A DNA stretch of 64,000 bases, from NCBI GenBank assembly GCA_963702845.1, contig OY969763.1, positions 3,360,001-3,424,000 of the forward strand, written 5' to 3'. The notes beneath the pieces were generated by a model. The model was given only the letters and a program-made list of their open reading frames with translations. It was not told the origin of the DNA and did no database searches. The DNA is from an uncultured Verrucomicrobiae bacterium (GTDB lineage: Bacteria > Verrucomicrobiota > Verrucomicrobiia > Limisphaerales > Palsa-1400). Of this stretch, positions 21,416 through 32,075 are shown in pieces. The position numbers were made by a program, and so were the translations under genes. Each line of letters begins with the position of its first letter. The stretch's first letter is position 1.

Positions 21416-22249
21416 TCAGGCACCCGCGTGCGCGTGCTCAGGCTCGTTTTCCCGGCCGACATCGGCGTCCATTTCGTCCCACACCTTGCGCAAGACGTCA
21501 CGGCTGTATTGCAAGTAGTGGTGATCTTTCGCAAACACCTCGAGTGTGATCGTTTCATCGTAACCGGCTTGCTTCAGAGCACGAATGCAGCCGAACAAAT
21601 CCAAATTGCCTGTGCCTAAGGGCAAATGGAGATCAGCGGTGCCGCCTTTGTTATCGTGGAGATGAACGTGTTTCAGGCGTGAACCGTAGGCCGAAATAAG
21701 TTCTTCGTAGGAATTGCCGGTTTCTGATCCGAGCAAATTGCAGTGCCCGATGTCGAGGTGCAGCCCCAGATCCGGCAACGGATCCAAAAGTTCCGATAAC
21801 TGTTCAACGGAATTAAAATGCATCGGGACATTCTCCACCATCAGGCCAATGCCGGCATCACGCGCAATCGGCAACAGTTCACCAAACGTCTCTAGATTGA
21901 AGCCAATGATGTCTTCACGCTCGTGCAGATGTTGTTCGCGGTCGGGATGGATATTCATCCACTTCGCTCCGAGAAAAGCAAAAATCTCGATGCACTTTTT
22001 CAGCTCCTCACAGGTAGCCTTTCGCAAACTGCGGAAGGGGGAGCCGATCGGTAGATAGTATGCTGTGTGTCCGACGACCGGCAGCTTGCGTCGTTGCAAA
22101 ACGTCGCGAATAGCTTTTGGATTAATCTGCCACGACGCGGCGGACGGCGGCTCGAGCGTCAGGTCGACGAAGCCCAAGCCCATGTCGGCCATCCATTGAA
22201 TTTCCGTCAACGGATCGCAAGCCGGATGATTCATCGCTCCAATCAACAT
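21416..22249 (-). CDS. Sugar phosphate isomerase/epimerase (xylose isomerase-like TIM barrel)
   Basis: VENVP, LDIGH, HVHLHDN, DLHLPLGTG and ITLEVF motifs. Confidence 0.85.
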   Translation of the reverse strand: MLIGAMNHPACDPLTEIQWMADMGLGFVDLTLEPPSAASWQINPKAIRDVLQRRKLPVVGHTAYYLPIGSPFRSLRKATCEELKKCIEIFAFLGAKWMNIHPDREQHLHEREDIIGFNLETFGELLPIARDAGIGLMVENVPMHFNSVEQLSELLDPLPDLGLHLDIGHCNLLGSETGNSYEELISAYGSRLKHVHLHDNKGGTADLHLPLGTGNLDLFGCIRALKQAGYDETITLEVFAKDHHYLQYSRDVLRKVWDEMDADVGRENEPEHAHAGA

Positions 22250-22293
22250 GTTCCACTCCTTTTCGCCAAATCTCCCAAAATATTTCGGACGTT

Positions 22294-23148
22294 CTAAACC
22301 TGCAGCAAATCTGTTCCTTGCCCCAGCGGCGCAAACCAACTGCGCGAATCCAAGAGCGTCGCACGAATGCGGGTCACCTCATCGTCCTGACCAAGCATCG
22401 CTGGCGGAAGCCCCGCCCGCGCTCGCACAAATGCGGGGATCTTTCCCGCTCGATCGGGGCACAGCCATTCGAACATGTGCAACAAGCCGAAAAGCAGCGC
22501 CTCGTCTTCACGCGCACGGTTGATCAAATGCTCCCAATCCAAAAGATGCCCGGACACGTACAGAATATTGATCACATCTGGCCAGTCGCAACGGTCTCTT
22601 TGCATCACGTACATCTTCTGCCAAAGCATTTCCTCGGCAGGAATGACCCTGAGTTTGTCCCCGTGGATGGTCAGTTCGTGCGACCGTTCGAACCACACGT
22701 CGTCAATATCCGCCCGGCGGTTAGCCATCCGGAAAATCAGATCGACGATGAAATTGTCCATTACGCTGCGGTAAATCCAACGACGGTCGTACGCCACCTT
22801 GGGATAATAATCCTCAAATCCAGCGCGGGCCAAAGCGGCTGCAGCACGCGGCGCGTGTTCGGGAAGTATAAAAAAGTCGACATCCTTTGTATCCCGCAAC
22901 CGGCCAGTGTAGGACGCCAGCCCGTAAGCACCACCGAGGAGAAAATCCACCTGTTCTGCGCGCAAGACATCAATCGCCCGTTTACAAATCGCCCATTGCT
23001 GCGGGCTGATTAGACCGGTCCAAGCCGGCTCGTTGAATTCGCCTACTTCTAGCCTCTCGAGCCCCTCGGCCACCTCTTTCACACTACCAAGATACCCTTT
23101 CATCTCATTCGCGCAAATCGCCGCGTCTTTATCAACCAATCCGTTCAT
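22294..23148 (-). CDS. Nucleotidyltransferase family protein
   Basis: FLLGGAYGLASY...RDTKDVDFF signature and C-terminal RDRCDWPD. Confidence 0.8.
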   Translation of the reverse strand: MNGLVDKDAAICANEMKGYLGSVKEVAEGLERLEVGEFNEPAWTGLISPQQWAICKRAIDVLRAEQVDFLLGGAYGLASYTGRLRDTKDVDFFILPEHAPRAAAALARAGFEDYYPKVAYDRRWIYRSVMDNFIVDLIFRMANRRADIDDVWFERSHELTIHGDKLRVIPAEEMLWQKMYVMQRDRCDWPDVINILYVSGHLLDWEHLINRAREDEALLFGLLHMFEWLCPDRAGKIPAFVRARAGLPPAMLGQDDEVTRIRATLLDSRSWFAPLGQGTDLLQV

Positions 23149-23190
23149 ATACCTCCATCTCTTCTTTTTCGGCGTCTCAGGTGTGTGTAA

Positions 23191-23206
23191 AGCACGAGCT
23201 CGGCCA
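23191..23206 (-). promoter_or_regulatory. Possible sigma54 promoter of the nucleotidyltransferase operon
   Basis: Minus-strand TGGCCG-AGCTC-GTGCT with correct GG/GC spacing, about 45 bp before the ATG. Confidence 0.35.
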
Positions 23207-23300
23207 AAACAAAAATTTGCGTTGCGGCAAAGTGCGGCGATATTCCAGCGCCAAAAAGCTTAACGGAGAATCGGGGTTTGGCTTATGAGACATAAAAAAC

Positions 23301-23855
23301 ATGAGCAAATTGTTGAGAACGTTTCGCACGAAATATTGCAAGCTGGCGCTGCTGGTCGGCCTGGCTGGTCTCTCCGGCTCGTCTTACGCTGAAACTCCCG
23401 AGCATTTCGCTCATCGTTTCGCCAATTTCAAATTCGAATACCACGCCGATGTTCAGGACCCGGCTGTGTTCCTGAAAACGAAAAAAGGTGACTGCGACGA
23501 TTTCGCCACTTTGGCGCACGACACCCTGTCGCGCGAAGGTTACACCACCCATTTGATCACCGTCCGCATGCCCGGCGAAACTCACGTCGTCCTCTATGTC
23601 GACGAAGTTCACGGTTATCTCGATTACAATTTCCGCAGCGCCAAACATCCGTGCTTGCCGAGCGACGGCAAGTTGCAACACATCGCGTCGCAAGTGGCCA
23701 GTTCGTTTCATCAACCATGGTTGGCCGTTTATGAATTCAACTACTTTCGCAAGATGAAGCACCTCGTCACTGACATTGTCATGAACAACGACGGTCATTC
23801 GACACACGGCCCGATCCAAATCGCGGCCGCGGGTGGCCAGCATCCACGACACTGA
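23301..23855 (+). CDS. Secreted transglutaminase-like cysteine protease-fold protein
   Basis: Signal peptide; GDCDDFA...HVVL...LD suggests a Cys-His-Asp triad. Confidence 0.65.
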   Translation: MSKLLRTFRTKYCKLALLVGLAGLSGSSYAETPEHFAHRFANFKFEYHADVQDPAVFLKTKKGDCDDFATLAHDTLSREGYTTHLITVRMPGETHVVLYVDEVHGYLDYNFRSAKHPCLPSDGKLQHIASQVASSFHQPWLAVYEFNYFRKMKHLVTDIVMNNDGHSTHGPIQIAAAGGQHPRH

Positions 23856-23995
23856 CCTGACGGGTCACTCGGCGCTCAACTTTTATGTTGACAGCAACCA
23901 GGTATGGAACGATTGTGCCTCTCCCTTGCAAGCAACAGCCTGATTCTCTCCCTCTCGGAGGCTCCGGGAAAACCGTGGTATAAACTAAACGTGTC

Positions 23996-24436
23996 ATGTT
24001 GCAACTTCCTCCGCCGCATCGGCTTAAGGCCGTCGAATTGGGAATTATCGAGCCCGAAGCCGTCGTTCCTCGGGAATGGATCTACGACCTTTGCGTCCTT
24101 TGCCCGGCCTCTCCTGAAGATTTCGTCGGTTTCTTTCGGCACTATGGCGCGACAAGCGAAGTCGACGACAACACTTATATTGCACTCGTTGCCGGCGGAT
24201 TTTTCCGGAAGACCCTGGATGCCACGGCGGTCACCGCTCTTTTAGCCAAACGATTTGCTAACTACACAAGAGTCGACGCCGGTTTGCGCGGGTGCATGGA
24301 ACAGTTGAGCAACGAATTCACCAGCGCCCAACGTGCCACGGAAATTTGCGTCGAAGTTCTGACGCCCTATCAAGCGCTCGCCGATCGCCTTCTCGGCGAC
24401 TTACCCGCGCCGGACGAGTTTTCCTTTTGGCAGTAA
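23996..24436 (+). CDS. Hypothetical protein
   Basis: 146-aa ORF filling the gap, with plausible composition; no motif recognised. Confidence 0.55.
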   Translation: MLQLPPPHRLKAVELGIIEPEAVVPREWIYDLCVLCPASPEDFVGFFRHYGATSEVDDNTYIALVAGGFFRKTLDATAVTALLAKRFANYTRVDAGLRGCMEQLSNEFTSAQRATEICVEVLTPYQALADRLLGDLPAPDEFSFWQ

Positions 24437-24505
24437 TTGAATGCGGACGGGCAAAAAACTTGCGCAAGCCACAACCTGTGGCAACTTATCTTCAGCTTTT
24501 TCCTT

Positions 24506-24844
24506 ATGCAGAAACCTAAGATTGTTGCTTACCTGAAACCGACTTGTGGCTGGAGCCAAGGTGTTCGCGCCGTTATGCGCAAATACGAATTGCCCTTTGA
24601 AGATCGTGATATCATCAACGATCCCAATCAGCGCCAGGAGATGATTGAGAAAAGTGGCCAGATGCTCAGCCCCTGTGTTGAAGTGAACGGCAAAATGCTC
24701 GCCGACATCAGCGGTGAAGAAGTCGAAGCATATTTGCTCGCGAATACTTTGGTGCAGAACAATGACCGCGTGCCTGACGCACCGATCAATCAGGCTTGCG
24801 CCCACGAAATGCCGCAAGCTGCGCCGCTGAATTTCAAAGTTTAA
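24506..24844 (+). CDS. Glutaredoxin-like protein
   Basis: YLKPTCGWS (CxxS) and SGQMLSPCVEVNG. Confidence 0.85.
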   Translation: MQKPKIVAYLKPTCGWSQGVRAVMRKYELPFEDRDIINDPNQRQEMIEKSGQMLSPCVEVNGKMLADISGEEVEAYLLANTLVQNNDRVPDAPINQACAHEMPQAAPLNFKV

Positions 24845-24851
24845 TACTTTC

Positions 24852-24913
24852 GTAGCCGCCGACGTGAGGAGGCGGAGGCATTCCGTGAAGTGCCTCCTGA
24901 CGTCGGCGGCTAC
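24852..24913. repeat. GTAG-type REP inverted doublet
   Basis: GTAGCCGCCGACGTGAGGAGGC (24852-24873) and an inverted copy (24892-24913, 1 mismatch); third copy at 28728-28749. Confidence 0.8.
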
Positions 24914-24919
24914 ATTTTT

Positions 24920-26063
24920 ATGGAAGCTCCCTCGACTCTCACCGTCGGCACAAAGCTGACACTCACGATCGACGACATCGCCTTCGGAGGCGAAGGCGTT
25001 GGCCGTGTCGGTGAGTTTGTCGTGTTCGTGCCATTTGTGGCCGTCGGCGAGACGGTCGAGGCGGAGGTGATTGAGGTCAAAAAAAGTTTCGCGCGCGCCA
25101 AGCTTTTGCAGGTGACGCAACTTCCCCTCAGCGCGTCACCCCACAATGCCAATACTTCACTGCATGCGGCGGCTGCCAATATCAACATCTCGATTACTCA
25201 ACGCAACTCGCGTTGAAGCACAAACAAATCGTCGACTTATTCCAGCGCGTCGGCGCGTTTGAAAACGCTCCCATCGATCGCTGTTCTCCCCTGCCCTCAA
25301 CCCTACGGCTATCGCAATCGCATCATGATTCGAAGCCAATGGAATAAACCAGAGCAGAAAGCTAAACATCGGCTTCATCCGCGCCGACTGCGGTCTGGTC
25401 GAAGACATTCACGAATGTAAAATCGCTGAGCCCGCGCTGAACGAACAAATTCAGCACGTCCACAAAAACCCGCCACCAAAAGGCGGCATCAAAGTCGTGC
25501 TGCGCATCCAGCCCGAAGGTTGGGAAGTTCCGCGCGATTCATTTTTCCAAAACAACTTTTTCCTGCTGCCGACACTTGTCGACGTGCTGCGCGAGCGGAT
25601 CAAAGATGCTGGCACGAAACACTTGATCGATGCCTATTGCGGCGTCGGTTTCTTCAGTCTCGAGCTCGCGAGCGCTGTTGAACGCTTCACCGGAATCGAA
25701 CTCGATGCGCTGGCGATCAATGCCGCCCGTCGCAACGCCGAAACGCGCAACGCCACCAACGGCGAATTTATTTCCGGCAGCACGGAGCAATTTCTGCCGC
25801 AGGTCTTACAAAAAGCTGAACCGGCAAAGACGACGATCATTTTGGATCCTCCGCGCGTGGGGTGTCAGCCGCAAAGTCTCGAGCTTTTACGCCTGCTTAA
25901 ACCGGCGCAATTGATTTATGTCTCGTGCCATCCCGCAACACTTGCGCGCGACATCAAAATTTTGACCGAAGGCGGAGTTTTTAAGCTGAACAAAGTCATT
26001 CCGCTCGACATGTTCCCGCAGACCCAGCACGTCGAGTGCATCTCTGATTTGCGTGCGCAGTAA
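24920..26063 (+). CDS. rlmD: TRAM-domain 23S rRNA (uracil-C5)-methyltransferase RlmD family; frameshifted
   Basis: TRAM domain (IAFGGEGVGR), CGGCQYQH, SFFQNN, DAYCGVG, LDPPRVG, YVSCHPATLARD, DMFPQTQHVE; shifts between about 25120 and 25370. Confidence 0.85.
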
Positions 26064-27530
26064 TCAGGCGAGGATACTCTTCACCACGTTGCGTTCTTCT
26101 ACACCCGTCAGCCTTTGATCGAGGCCCTGGAACTTATAGGTCAGCCGGCGGTGATCGATACCCAGGCAGTGCAGAGATCGTCGCATTGATTTCGCTGATG
26201 TGCACCGGGTCTTTGACGACGTTGTAGCTGAAATCGTCCGTCTCACCGTGAACGACGCCGCCTTTAATTCCACCGCCTGCCATCCACATCGTGAAGCAGC
26301 GCGGATGATGGTCGCGGCCGTAATTGTCGCGTTCGAGTTTGCCCTGGCAATAAACCGTGCGGCCAAATTCGCCGCCCCAAACGACGAGCGTGTCATCCAG
26401 CATGCCGCGTGATTTCAAATCTTTGATCAGAGCCCATGCAGGCCTGATCGACATCGCGGCATTGCAATGGCAAGTCGCGCGTGAGATCGCCGTGATGGTC
26501 CCATTCGCGATGGAAAAGCTCGATGCAACGCACGCCACGTTCGGCCAAGTCGTCGGGCCATGAGTGCACTGTGGGCAAATGTTCCAGGCGTTGTGACATC
26601 AGGGCCATAAAGGTCGAGCGTCGCTTTAGTTTCCTTGGAGATATCGACCAGGTCCGGCACGGAGGCCTGCATGGCAAACGCCATTTCATATTGCGAAATG
26701 CGCGTGCTGATTTCCGGGTCGCCGACTTGCGGTGATATTCGATCTGGTTCAGCTTCGCCGAGCGCGTCGAGCATGTCGCGGCGTGCCTTTGCGATCAACG
26801 CCAGGAGGATCATTGATGTAAAGAACCGGATCGCCTTTGGCGCGCAGGCTCACGCCGGCGTGTTTCGTGGGCAGAAAGCCTGCGCCCCACAAGGCGTTGA
26901 TAAAGGGCCTGCGCATCGCGCTTAGCTGACCAACTCGGTGTCATGACGACGAACGACGGCAAGTTGTCCGCCTCGCTGCCAAGTCCGTAGGAGAGCCACG
27001 AACCAAGACTCGGTTTGCCAGGAATTTGGTTTCCAGTCTGGATGTAAGTTACCGCCGGGTCATGATTGATCGGCTTCGGTGTAAACGCTTCTTACGACCG
27101 CAAGTTCGTCGGCAACCTGCGCGGTTTGTCCATCAGTTCGCTGAACCAAATCCCGGATTTCCCGCGCTGCTTGAATTTGTATTTGGAAGGCGCAATCGGA
27201 AAACGCGTTTGGCCCGAGGTCATCGTCGTCAGTCGTTGCCCATGCGGATCGAGTCCGGCAAATCGGTGTCGTAAATTTTGTCGAGGCCCGGTTTGTAATC
27301 GAGCAAATCGATTTGCGACGGCCCGCCGTTCATGAACAGATAAATGAGCCGTTTCGCTTTCGGCGCAAAATGCGGAAGTCGCATTCAATGCCGCGATGCG
27401 CTTTGCCCGGCAAGCCTGTTCCAACGCCCGCAGCGCGCAACAAATCAGGGAACATCATTCCCGCCAGACGCGATGTGACCCAGCGCCATGCCGGTCGATT
27501 TAAAAAAGTGCCGACGTGTCAACGCATGTT
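26064..27530 (-). CDS. DUF1501 family protein; heavily frameshifted
   Basis: Fragments [69 protein letters not shown]; start approximate. Confidence 0.8.
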
Positions 27531-27570
27531 GATGTTGTTGAAATAGATCCACGAGTATTATCTAAGACGT

Positions 27571-28269
27571 TTATTCGCTGGGTAACATTCGGTATTTTAT
27601 GTCGCCGTGTTGCGCGGCGCAAGCGATTGCTCGTCCAATGTTTCCGATACTTCAAACATTCGGCTCGGCCACATCCTTCGCATTCAAAATCGCTGAAACC
27701 ACACAAATCCGCGTCGCACCTGCTGCCAGCACCTCATCGATCGTTTGCAAATTGATCCCACCAATCGCGAACCACGGAATTTTCACATTGTCTCCGCCCA
27801 ACTCACATACTCCAAAGTCACCGGCTTCGCCGTCGGCTTCGTCCCTGTCGCAAACACAGGCCCAATGGCAATGTAGGCTGGTTCAGCGGCGATCGCGCGC
27901 GCTGCTTGTTCCGGCGCATGGGTGCTTAAACCAATCGAACGGACGGCTTCCCGTCGCAAACCTGCGAAACATTGGTGAAGCCGGCATCAAAAAAGTCTTC
28001 CTGGCCTAAATGACAGATGTCCGCTCCAACTTTCACCGCCACGTCACAAAAATCATTGATGACCAACCGCACTTGGCCGCCCGCGTCACCGGCAGGATCT
28101 GTTCTGCCATGCGGCAGACTTCATCAGCAGTTGCAGTCTTTGCGCGCAACTGGATGATGTCGGAGCCGCCATCGCAGAGTCGGCGCGCCACCTCCGCCGG
28201 ATCGCGTCCGTGCAGGTACGCGGTGTCGACAAAGGTATAGAGCTGGCACTGGGCAAGCGGTTTCATCAT
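27571..28269 (-). CDS. thiE: Thiamine-phosphate synthase; frameshifted
   Basis: [39 protein letters not shown] and [11 protein letters not shown] fragments; 3' end approximate. Confidence 0.8.
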
Positions 28270-28286
28270 CGGTTCAAACAACATTC

Positions 28287-28749
28287 AGGTCGAATTAGGT
28301 CGAAATTACTCGAAATAGGCCCACTTTGACAAAGTTTTGTCAAAGAACGATCTCCAGTCGAGGTCGGCGACCCGGGTCGATTGTGATTATTTTTAACTCC
28401 CGTTTAGTCCCGTTAGCTCCCGTTGACTCTCGGTAACTCGGGTTTCTAAACTTTGGACCTAACATCTTTTTGTTTTAGTTTAAAAAGGGTTAAAAAGGTT
28501 GAATTGGCTGCGACTCGCGGCATCGGTGCGGTGACGAGTGACAAGTGGCGATAGGGCACTCCCCACCCACCCCCTCTGGACCCGTCACCCCGTCCCAAGG
28601 CCTGTAAACACTGGCGTTTTCTCGGTTTTGACCCGTCCCGTGGGACGGGTCACAGGGTCACGCCCGAAACTCGAAGCCCGAAATCCGAAACGGTTTTTGA
28701 GCGCAATTGAGCACGAACGGGCCATCCGCCTCATCACTTCGGCGGCTAC
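28287..28749. repeat. Composite intergenic repeat region (10-bp arrays, heptamers, palindrome, REP)
   Basis: 3x AGGTCGAA(T/A)T-like 28287-28316; 5x TAACTCCCGT-like 28394-28443; 2x TAAAAAGG(G/T)T 28481-28500; palindrome TGACCCGTCCC-GT-GGGACGGGTCA 28629-28652; REP 28728-28749. Confidence 0.7.
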
Positions 28750-29118
28750 ATCGTATGTCAAAGAACGATCCCCCAATTACGGGGATGCCGGTAGCGACTG
28801 GCTGCTTCTGCATACTGTGTAGTGAAGCTACGGTATTGTCAAGCGGAACGTCCGCCTCGCGACGAAAGATGGAACAACATGACTTGATGCACCTCTCGAG
28901 GATGCTGTCGGCTTCGGTATTTTGCGGAGACGGTTCCTCCTAATCTTGGGGGTAGTCGAAACGGACCATACCCTGGTTTGACCCATTTCACTTTCATTTA
29001 GACGAAACATGCTGAGGAGTAGGGATGAGCACTGGATACAATAAAGATTGTGCGCGCCCACAACTAATGTGAAGAAACCTGTAGCAACGGTGTAACGTCT
29101 CCTGAATGATAGTTTCGC

Positions 29119-30516
29119 ATGAATCGAACTGATAACAGAGTCTCCTACTGGTTGGTCGCGCTTATTTGCCTGCTGCTCAACATGCGCACGAATGCTGAAC
29201 CTGTGCCCTCGCGCGGAACTGTTGTGATTATCAGCATGGATGGCCTGGCCGCTTTTTATCTGAACGATCCGAAGGCTGACCTGCCGACTCTGCGGCAACT
29301 CGCCAAAGAAGGCGCATTCGCCGAGCGCATGGAAGCATCGCTGCCAACGATGACGTGGCCGAACCATACAACGCTCATCACTGGCGTCACACCGGCAAAA
29401 CACGGTGTCATCGGCAATCGATATTGGGATCGCGACACGCAAAAGAATATTCAACTCATCCCCGACCCGATCTATAACAAAGACGAAATCGTTAAAGCGC
29501 CCACGCTCTATGACGTCGCGCATGAAAATGGTCTGACGACCGCTGCTATTTGCTGGCCGGCGAGTCGCGGCGCGACGACGCTTGACTGGACGTTTCCCGA
29601 TGTCCAAAAAGACCAGCTCTTCCAGAAGTACGCCACGCCATCGTTCCTCGCTGAATGCAAAGCCGCAGGAATACCGGTTGATAAACAGGAGACATGGTGC
29701 AGACAACCCGATGGCGGCGAGTTGCGCGACAAGATGTACACGCAGATGGTGATTAACGCATTAACGAATCATCATCCAAATCTCGTCTTGCTGCATCTGG
29801 TCGAAATCGATCATAAGGAACACGCTTTTGGTCCACGTAGCGCTGAAGCTTATAAAGCGATTCACTTCGATGATGCGTGTGTGAATGAGATTCTGCAGAC
29901 GCTCAAAACGCATTTCGGCGCGAGCGCCACTTTGATTGTCACTTCAGATCACGGGTTCGCCTACATGCGTCAACAGATTCTGCCGAATGTGAAACTTCGC
30001 CAGGCCGGCTTGTTGAAGAGCAGAGCCAAAGGCAACGACCGGCGCGTCTTCTCCGTGGACCAGGGCGGCAGCACCTTCATTTACATCACCGACAAAGAGC
30101 ATCGCGGTGAACTGATCGAAAAGGCGGCTGATGCGTTCAAGGGCGTTGAGGGAATCGATGAAATAATCAAGCCCAAGGAATTTCATAAACACGGCCTTTC
30201 GACCGCGGACGAAGATCCTCACATGCCCGACCTCATCCTCACCGCGAAGAACGGCTACGCGTTCTCAGACGATGCGAACGGCGACACCGTCGTCACGGCA
30301 AAATCCGCGCAGACCAAAGGAGCTCACGGCCACAGTCCGACGTTGCCTGACTTGTATGCAACGTTCGTTGCGTGGGGATCTGGCATCAAACCCGGAACGA
30401 AAATCCGCGAAATCAAAAACGTCGATGTCGCTCCCACTGCTGCGACTCTGCTCGGCATCTCAATTCCAAATGCCGACGGCCGCGTGCTTAAAGAAATTTT
30501 GACGATTAACAAGTAG
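29119..30516 (+). CDS. Secreted nucleotide pyrophosphatase/phosphodiesterase (alkaline phosphatase superfamily)
   Basis: ISMDGL, PTMTWPNHTTLITG, DHKEHAFGP, VTSDHG and GAHGH motifs. Confidence 0.9.
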   Translation: MNRTDNRVSYWLVALICLLLNMRTNAEPVPSRGTVVIISMDGLAAFYLNDPKADLPTLRQLAKEGAFAERMEASLPTMTWPNHTTLITGVTPAKHGVIGNRYWDRDTQKNIQLIPDPIYNKDEIVKAPTLYDVAHENGLTTAAICWPASRGATTLDWTFPDVQKDQLFQKYATPSFLAECKAAGIPVDKQETWCRQPDGGELRDKMYTQMVINALTNHHPNLVLLHLVEIDHKEHAFGPRSAEAYKAIHFDDACVNEILQTLKTHFGASATLIVTSDHGFAYMRQQILPNVKLRQAGLLKSRAKGNDRRVFSVDQGGSTFIYITDKEHRGELIEKAADAFKGVEGIDEIIKPKEFHKHGLSTADEDPHMPDLILTAKNGYAFSDDANGDTVVTAKSAQTKGAHGHSPTLPDLYATFVAWGSGIKPGTKIREIKNVDVAPTAATLLGISIPNADGRVLKEILTINK

Positions 30517-30655
30517 GACGCGTCGCTCAATCTTTCAACGCTTCGCCGTCAAATCTCGCTTTCGTTTATTCTGCTACTCATCCAATATCGCTGGCGAATG
30601 ATCTTATTGGGAGTCGCATCAGTTAACCAGAAAATCGGTTGTCAATCTGCATAGC

Positions 30656-31279
30656 ATGAAAGGCGTCACCGTCATCTCGCACCCGTTAGTGCAGCACAAT
30701 CTCACCCGGTTGCGCGATAAGCGAACGCGTCCCCAGGAATTCCGCCGCGTCCTGAGCGAGATGTCCGCGCTCATGTTGCACGAAGCCACCCGCTCGTTCA
30801 CGCTGCGGCCCATAACCGTGCAAACGCCGCTCGCCAAAGCGAAGGGCTTCCAACTGGAACGCGAGATCGTGCTCGTGCCGATTTTGCGCGCCGGGCTCGG
30901 CATGCTCGATTCCATCCTGCAACTGATTCCCAACGCACGCGTCGGCTTCATCGGTCTCAAGCGCGAGGAAACCACCCAGCGCGCGATGTTCTACCACAAA
31001 AGCCTGCCACCGGATTTAACGGACTTTGAAGTGGTGCTCATCGACCCCATGCTGGCGACCGGCGGCAGCATCGTCGCCGCGATGGATTTGCTCGTTGAAC
31101 TCGGCGCCAAACACGTGCGCCTGGTCAATCTCATCGCCTCGCCCGAAGGCATCCGCCACGTCCGCAAATTCTATCCGCGTCTGCCGATCTTTACCGCTGT
31201 GGTCGATGAAAAGTTGAACGACAAAGGTTACATTCTCCCCGGCCTCGGCGATGCCGGGGACCGGTTATTCGGCGTGTAG
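30656..31279 (+). CDS. upp: Uracil phosphoribosyltransferase
   Basis: HPLVQH, PILRAGLGM, DPMLATGGS and YILPGLGDAGDRLFG. Confidence 0.97.
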   Translation: MKGVTVISHPLVQHNLTRLRDKRTRPQEFRRVLSEMSALMLHEATRSFTLRPITVQTPLAKAKGFQLEREIVLVPILRAGLGMLDSILQLIPNARVGFIGLKREETTQRAMFYHKSLPPDLTDFEVVLIDPMLATGGSIVAAMDLLVELGAKHVRLVNLIASPEGIRHVRKFYPRLPIFTAVVDEKLNDKGYILPGLGDAGDRLFGV

Positions 31280-31368
31280 ATCATTGGTAGTCGGATTACT
31301 GAGCCTCATTTTGCATTCTGCATTTTGAACTCGGAATTTGCGCAGGTGTGACTCGACACGCAGCTACT

Positions 31369-31539
31369 TCAGCACGCGATCTGAAACCATCCTATCGCTG
31401 CGGCGATCACGACCGCTACAACCAGCCCCAGGAAAATGCCCAATAGAAGAACTACGCAACGCAAAAAAGATTCCCATCCGGAGATGTTTTTATGTGGATC
31501 CACTTGCGCGGTTTTTGGAACGGAAACAGACTCGGTCAT
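31369..31539 (-). CDS. Small membrane protein (56 aa), absent from the ORF track
   Basis: ATGA overlap with the upstream gene; MTESVSVP...LRCVVLLLGIFLGLVVAVVIAAAIGWFQIAC*. Confidence 0.6.
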   Translation of the reverse strand: MTESVSVPKTAQVDPHKNISGWESFLRCVVLLLGIFLGLVVAVVIAAAIGWFQIAC

Positions 31540-32075
31540 GGCTTTTCCTCTTTCCGATGTTTTATGCGTTGGGTGATTTCGTTGGCGATGTCGTCAGCGG
31601 AAAATCCCGCCTGCTTGACCATCTTCAATATGGCTTCAGAGGTAGGGCCGTCGGGACGAGAGGCTTCTACGAGCGCAAACGTTCTCACGGCCCGACGGCC
31701 TGTGCGGCAATAAAGCAGGGCCGGCCGCTGTTTGTCAGAAAGCGCTTCCCGCAATACGGCGACCGACTCGTCTGGAATGCTTTCATGCGGCACGGGGATG
31801 TAAAAGAATTTGAGCCCGCGCGGTTCCGCAGCATTTCTCATGGCAGTGGAAGAAGGTTGATCCTTGGCTTCACCATCCGGGCGAAGATCGATGAGAGTCA
31901 TGATGCCCTGGTCGGTCAGCCTGCGGATATGTTTCGTTTGCAATTGAGCGGTAACAAAGACATGGTCGCTGATCCGTTGCAGTGTTGCGCTGGGAGGACG
32001 GCCAATGAAGAAGAGGATCAACACCACAGAGAGCGTCGCCGCAAACGAACCGAAAAATAGTTTTGTCTTCACCAT
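31536..32075 (-). CDS. DUF442/Blh-type phosphatase-like (sulfur transferase-like) protein with N-terminal TM
   Basis: IDLRPDGE, YIPV and LLYCRTGRRA (CX5R) motifs. Confidence 0.8.
   Translation of the reverse strand: MVKTKLFFGSFAATLSVVLILFFIGRPPSATLQRISDHVFVTAQLQTKHIRRLTDQGIMTLIDLRPDGEAKDQPSSTAMRNAAEPRGLKFFYIPVPHESIPDESVAVLREALSDKQRPALLYCRTGRRAVRTFALVEASRPDGPTSEAILKMVKQAGFSADDIANEITQRIKHRKEEKP

Noticed and set aside
28287..28500. CRISPR array
   Set aside because: Only short tandem decamers, no repeat-spacer structure and no cas genes
28270..28560. TPP riboswitch upstream of thiE
   Set aside because: Could not find the conserved CTGAGA and CTGAT...AGCG core on the minus strand
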